Part shown: positions 59,407 through 64,000 of the stretch, piece by piece | How the letters are laid out: each line of letters opens with the position of its first letter | Position numbering within the stretch: the first letter of the stretch is position 1 | NCBI GenBank assembly: GCA_964537315.1 | Contig: CAZIAP010000001.1 | Coordinates: 23,975 to 87,974, forward strand | Direction of reading: 5' to 3' | DNA: 64,000 nt | Source: an uncultured Gammaproteobacteria bacterium | Lineage (GTDB): Bacteria; Patescibacteriota; Microgenomatia; Levybacterales; GWA1-39-11 | Made by a program: the position numbers and the translations under genes | Notes under the pieces: model-generated | The model's database searches: none | The model's input: only the letters and a program-made list of their open reading frames with translations | Told to the model about the DNA's origin: nothing

Positions 59407-60678
59407 TTGGTGAACAATATTTTTAATACACAAAAAACTATAAAAAAATACCGAAACAAACGCTTAACGCTTTTGACAATAACGGTAATTTTTCTAACCT
59501 TTATTCTAAATACCGTATTTACCGGAGACTTTAATATAATCTCTCCTCTTGCGCGGTCAAATGAACTGCAGCCGTTAAAAGAAGGAAAGTCTCAAAAAGA
59601 AGTATTCGGTTTTGCCCCGTACTGGACAATCAACAAACTGGACAATGTAGACTTTAATGTCTTAACTACATTTGCATACTTCGGAATACCTGTAAAAGGA
59701 GACGGAAACCTTGATACATCATACCAGGGATATCATACATTCAAGAGTGAAACTGCAACTGAATTATTTCAAAAAGCGCACAGACATGGTACGCGTGTTG
59801 TACTTACTATTACGCAGATGAATAATGCAGAAATCCGGGCTCTTATGGACGATCCTGAAGCCCAAGCACGATCTATCGAGCAAACGGTCTCCTTAGTAAA
59901 AAGTAGAGGTATCGATGGAGTTAATATCGATATTGAGTACACCGGAAACCCTGGTCAAGGATATCGAAATGCATTTAGTGGATATGTCAAAAACATGACT
60001 GATGCAATGCATGCTGCCGTACCACAATCAAAAGTTACAGTATCAGTATATGCTTCAGCAGTAAAAGAACCAAAGATCTATGACATTGCCAAGATGGGAG
60101 AATATACCGACGGAGTATTTATGATGGCGTATGACTTTGCTGTTGCGGGATCAGATCATGCGATTCCTACTGCTCCACTCTATGGACACAAAGAAGGAAA
60201 ATATTGGTATGACGTATCAACCGCGGTTGAAGACTTTCTTACTTACATGCCCGCTGAGAAGTTAATTCTGGGAGTGCCTTGGTACGGATATAACTATAAC
60301 GTAGGTGCTCCAACCGTAAAAGCGAGGACAGGTAATGGACGTGGATTTGCGCAAACATACAAGCTCGTTGAAGATGGAGTAACACAAGATATGCCGGGAA
60401 TATATGAGTTCGCCAGCGGATGGGATGAGCATGGACAGGTAGGTTGGAAAGCGTATTACTCTTCCCGTACCAGAACCTGGAGAATGGTGTTTATTGATGA
60501 CGTAAAGTCGCTGGATATTAAATTTGAATACGCTAAGCAAAAGAATCTAGGCGGAGTAGGTATGTGGGCATTAGGATTTGACGACGGAAAAAAAGATTTC
60601 TGGGCTTTGCTTGATAGAAAATTTGGAGCAAAATATGCAGACGCAAATATTATGAACAAGAGAATTGGAAATCTATAA
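59407..60678 (+). CDS. Membrane-anchored glycoside hydrolase family 18 protein (chitinase/cortex-lytic-like)
   Basis: Catalytic motif 'DGVNIDIEY' (DxxDxDxE); N-terminal TM. Confidence 0.65.
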   Translation: MVNNIFNTQKTIKKYRNKRLTLLTITVIFLTFILNTVFTGDFNIISPLARSNELQPLKEGKSQKEVFGFAPYWTINKLDNVDFNVLTTFAYFGIPVKGDGNLDTSYQGYHTFKSETATELFQKAHRHGTRVVLTITQMNNAEIRALMDDPEAQARSIEQTVSLVKSRGIDGVNIDIEYTGNPGQGYRNAFSGYVKNMTDAMHAAVPQSKVTVSVYASAVKEPKIYDIAKMGEYTDGVFMMAYDFAVAGSDHAIPTAPLYGHKEGKYWYDVSTAVEDFLTYMPAEKLILGVPWYGYNYNVGAPTVKARTGNGRGFAQTYKLVEDGVTQDMPGIYEFASGWDEHGQVGWKAYYSSRTRTWRMVFIDDVKSLDIKFEYAKQKNLGGVGMWALGFDDGKKDFWALLDRKFGAKYADANIMNKRIGNL

Positions 60679-60684
60679 ACAAAA

Positions 60685-61758
60685 ATGACTATGAATAAGT
60701 TAAACCTGACAAACATTATTGAACAGCTGAAAGGAATAAATCTTAATACATTTAATCGACGATCATTCTGGTTCGCGCTCATCGGAGGATTTGCAATGGC
60801 ATTTTTTCAGAACCTGGGAATCTCTCCAAACTTTTTCTCACCTGACGAGAAAAAAATTGTAGAAGCGGTAGATTCAATAGAATCAAAGCTGACAGAGAAA
60901 AGAAACACGATAACTTTGACTGAAAAACTTAGAGAAATTCCGCTTGAAATAAAAGCAAATGCATATATTGTTGTTGATATGGATACGCATGAAGTACTTG
61001 CTGAAAGCAACTCAAGAACTCCTATGGCAGTAGCTTCACTTACCAAGGTTATGTCCAGTGTCGTGGCGCTGGACTTAGCAGAAGTTTCAGAGAACTTTAC
61101 GGTTTCGGAGCACGCAGCAGGAATCATTCCTACAAAAATCGGAGTTGTTCCGGGAGAAAAAATGTCAGTCTACGAACTTCTCCAGGCTGTGATGCTTACT
61201 TCCGCAAATGACGCGACAGAGGTAATGAAAGAGGGTATTAATGAAAAGTATAACGAAGATGTGTTCGTAAGAGCTATGAATATAAAAGCCGAATTTATAG
61301 GAATGGAAAACACGAATTTTACGAATCCGCAAGGGTTTGATTACCCTGAAGGTCATTACTCAAGTGCGTATGATCTTGCACTACTCTCTCTATATGCAAT
61401 GGAAAACTACGAAGAAATTCGGAATATTGCAAAAGAGGACTATGCCTTTCTTCCTGAAAGCAAACTACATAAACAGTTTGATCTCCATAATTGGAATGGA
61501 CTTATTGGCGTGTACCCAAACACATTCGGACTCAAGACCGGCATGACCGAACGTGCAGGAAACACGACTATTGTTATGTCTGAGCGTGATGGAAAGCGAG
61601 TACTAGTTGTTTTGCTGGGTGCTACATCGGTAGTTGAGAGGGATTTACAAGCATCCGTTCTTTTAAATGCAGGATTTTCATCATCTAATATGAAACCCAT
61701 AGCGGTTGACGAATCAATGTTAAGTGAGCGATACGGGAGGTGGGCGTTTTGGAATTAA
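60685..61758 (+). CDS. D-alanyl-D-alanine carboxypeptidase (S11, PBP5/DacA-like)
   Basis: 'ASLTK' (SxxK), 'SANDA' (SxN), 'KTGMT' (KTG). Confidence 0.8.
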   Translation: MTMNKLNLTNIIEQLKGINLNTFNRRSFWFALIGGFAMAFFQNLGISPNFFSPDEKKIVEAVDSIESKLTEKRNTITLTEKLREIPLEIKANAYIVVDMDTHEVLAESNSRTPMAVASLTKVMSSVVALDLAEVSENFTVSEHAAGIIPTKIGVVPGEKMSVYELLQAVMLTSANDATEVMKEGINEKYNEDVFVRAMNIKAEFIGMENTNFTNPQGFDYPEGHYSSAYDLALLSLYAMENYEEIRNIAKEDYAFLPESKLHKQFDLHNWNGLIGVYPNTFGLKTGMTERAGNTTIVMSERDGKRVLVVLLGATSVVERDLQASVLLNAGFSSSNMKPIAVDESMLSERYGRWAFWN

Positions 61759-61973
61759 AAAGTCTTGCGTCTATTATTTCTGGAATACTGGATCGTTTGT
61801 TTCCGAAACCTTCCCGGCCAGCACCTGCGTATGTAAGTAATTAAGTAAATAAGTACTTCATATGTATTATAAATTACTAACTTTATCCCGTATAAAATTC
61901 AATACTTAGTACTTATCTTAACTGCTTGTATAATTCTTACATTATATTATCCCTTTCATAAATTTGTCTGACT

Positions 61974-64000
61974 ATGCTTAAACAAATGAAAAAGTTATTA
62001 TTCAAAAATAAAGCAAATTTATTGATTCTTGTTTTTGCATTTTTGGGATTCTTTATTTTTTCTTCAATCTTTACTTATCTGTATTTTGCAAAAGATCTAA
62101 GCAGCAAAGAGTCAATAATGAACCGCAATAACACCGGAATTATTCTGACTGATCGAAATGATGAGCCGTTTTTTACTTTTTACTCCGCACGCAAAAAAAC
62201 ATTTATTCCTTTATCGGAGATTCCTGACTCAGTAGTCGGTGCAGTAATTGCAGCAGAGGATAAAAGCTTTTATTCACATTCTGGTTTTTCAATGCAAGGC
62301 ATACTAAGAGCCGTGTTTAGGAATGTATCAGAGCAAGATTTAGTAGCTGGAGGATCAACTATTACCCAGCAGCTTGTAAAGAACTCTCTGCTTACTCCGA
62401 GACGTGATTTCTTGCGCAAGTTTCAAGAAGTAGTACTTGCGCAAGAGATTGAGCGGAGGTACTCTAAGGATGAAATTTTAGAAATGTACCTAAACTCTGT
62501 TTATTTCGGAAACGGATCTTTTGGTATCGAAGAAGCTGCAGAAAGATATTTTGGTAAGTCTGCGTCAGAGCTTTCGATTGCTGAAAGCGCGTTGCTAGCA
62601 GGAGTGCTTCCGGCTCCATCACTCTACTCCCCTCTTGATGGTAATGAACAAGCTGCCAAGAAAAGACAAGAGTATGTACTCTCCCAAATGGTAAAAGAAA
62701 AACTGATTACAGAAAATGAAAAGGAGGCAGCAATAAATCAGCAGTTATCATACGCAAAAGATGATGATAATCTCAACTCGATAGCTCCTCATTTTGCCGT
62801 GATGGTAAGAGACGAATTAATCAAAAAGTATGGAGAAGAAAATATTATTAGATCTGGGTATAAAGTAAAAACCACAATTGATTTAGATATGCAAAGGTTT
62901 GCTGAAAGAGTGGTTGGTGAAGAAGTAGAAAAGCTTGCAGCCAATAATGTGTCAAATGGTGCTGCTGTAGTAATAGATCCTCAAACCGGAGAAGTTCTTT
63001 CACTGGTTGGAAGTAGGAACTGGTTTGACAAAAAATTCGGAAAAGTTAACGTAGCAACTCAGCTAAGGCAGCCTGGTTCATCATTTAAGCCGCTAGTTTA
63101 TGCCATTGCGATGGAGGAACAAAAGATTACGCCCGCTACAGTGCTGCATGACAAACCGACTACTTTTGGCCAGAATTATAAACCACGAAACTACGATAAT
63201 AACTTTCGTGGAAACGTATTAGTCAGACGCGCGCTTGCTAACTCTTTAAATGTTCCTGCTGTTGAGATAATGACAATGCTCGAAATGGACGATGTTTTGC
63301 AGCGTGTAAAAGAATTTGGGATCACTACTCTACGCGATCCTGTAAACTATGGACCATCATTGGCGTTAGGAGCGGGAGAGGTTAAGCTAACTGAATTAAC
63401 ACAAGTCTATGCGATGTTTGCAAACGAAGGAAGACGCAATGATGTGACTACGATAAAGTCAATAGAAGATAAATCCGGAAAATCGATATATAAATATACT
63501 CCTAAAAACGAACAGGTACTAAGTTCTCAGGTATCATTTCTTATTTCATCAATCCTATCCGATGTTAATGCTCGTCAAGAAGTTTTCGGTAGCACACTCA
63601 ATATATCGCGTGTAGCTGCGGTCAAAACCGGAACAACGGAGAACTATAAAGATGCATTAACAATTGGTTATACACCACAGCTAGCAGTAGGTGTATGGGT
63701 TGGAAATAACGACGGAGAGCCAATGGATCAGATTGCCGGAAGCTTAGGAGCAGCACCGATCTGGAAACGATTGATGGAGGAATTTCACAATGGAAAACCG
63801 GAGCTTGCATTTAAGCAGCCAGAAAATATTATTGCACGCTCTGTTTGCTCTCATAGCGGTCTTTTAGCTAGGTCAGATAACTCAGGATCGACAGAGTATT
63901 TTCTTGCCGGAACACAACCAACACGTAGATGTAGTCCTCCTCGAAATGAAAGTGACAATCAGCAGTTTGATGATAGAAATATTGGACAGTCTCCAGATGA
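61974..64000 (+). CDS. Second class A penicillin-binding protein, 3'-truncated by the window end (absent from the ORF track because it has no stop)
   Basis: Hand translation from the ATG at 61974: 'MLKQMKKLLF...', GT51 'EDKSFYSHSGF', 'GGSTITQQLVKN'; TPase 'SSFKP', 'KTGTT'. Confidence 0.75.
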   Translation, partial: MLKQMKKLLFKNKANLLILVFAFLGFFIFSSIFTYLYFAKDLSSKESIMNRNNTGIILTDRNDEPFFTFYSARKKTFIPLSEIPDSVVGAVIAAEDKSFYSHSGFSMQGILRAVFRNVSEQDLVAGGSTITQQLVKNSLLTPRRDFLRKFQEVVLAQEIERRYSKDEILEMYLNSVYFGNGSFGIEEAAERYFGKSASELSIAESALLAGVLPAPSLYSPLDGNEQAAKKRQEYVLSQMVKEKLITENEKEAAINQQLSYAKDDDNLNSIAPHFAVMVRDELIKKYGEENIIRSGYKVKTTIDLDMQRFAERVVGEEVEKLAANNVSNGAAVVIDPQTGEVLSLVGSRNWFDKKFGKVNVATQLRQPGSSFKPLVYAIAMEEQKITPATVLHDKPTTFGQNYKPRNYDNNFRGNVLVRRALANSLNVPAVEIMTMLEMDDVLQRVKEFGITTLRDPVNYGPSLALGAGEVKLTELTQVYAMFANEGRRNDVTTIKSIEDKSGKSIYKYTPKNEQVLSSQVSFLISSILSDVNARQEVFGSTLNISRVAAVKTGTTENYKDALTIGYTPQLAVGVWVGNNDGEPMDQIAGSLGAAPIWKRLMEEFHNGKPELAFKQPENIIARSVCSHSGLLARSDNSGSTEYFLAGTQPTRRCSPPRNESDNQQFDDRNIGQSPD

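Overview
This is an AT-rich (~35-38% GC) bacterial window that looks like a small-genome Patescibacteria/CPR organism; that taxonomic call is an inference from gene content. Supporting signs are type IV pili without a secretin, a short trigger factor, an rpsP-KH-trmD operon lacking rimM, and many translation genes packed against envelope genes. Every product call below comes from motifs I recognise in the supplied translations; no database search was possible. Main contents in order: xerC/D-like recombinase, GH37 trehalase, folD, the gyrB-ppa-gyrA block, a complete secretin-less type IV pilus locus (pilB/pilT/pilC on the - strand, divergent from a holB-like gene, a pilin, pilD, five pilin-like genes, a pilX-like gene and pilM/N/O on the + strand), trmD/KH/rpsP, two paralogous giant secreted Cys-rich adhesin-like proteins with small membrane-anchored partners, a large Tat-signal protein, rnc, nusB, an rpmF not in the ORF track, recG, tyrS, a class A PBP, pheST, NUDIX, the rplT-rpmI-infC-thrS operon, tRNA-Val next to a small GIY-YIG gene and a tRNA fragment, a GC-elevated hairpin-dense segment with repeated identical terminators, trigger factor, three tRNA-Leu genes, a Val-Phe-Gly tRNA cluster, a REP-flanked RAYT (IS200-like Y1 transposase), cell-wall enzymes (two lysozyme-like paralogs, GH18, D,D-carboxypeptidase, a second PBP1 running off the window end), and stress-type genes (KGG protein, YghA-like SDR). 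I consider the most interesting candidate to be the surface-protein operon at 24.9-33.9 kb (knottin-like cystine modules, Gly8 run, SdrD-like repeats, small partner proteins) sitting beside the pilus machinery. The compositionally odd segment next to tRNA-Val and the REP/RAYT element are the next candidates.
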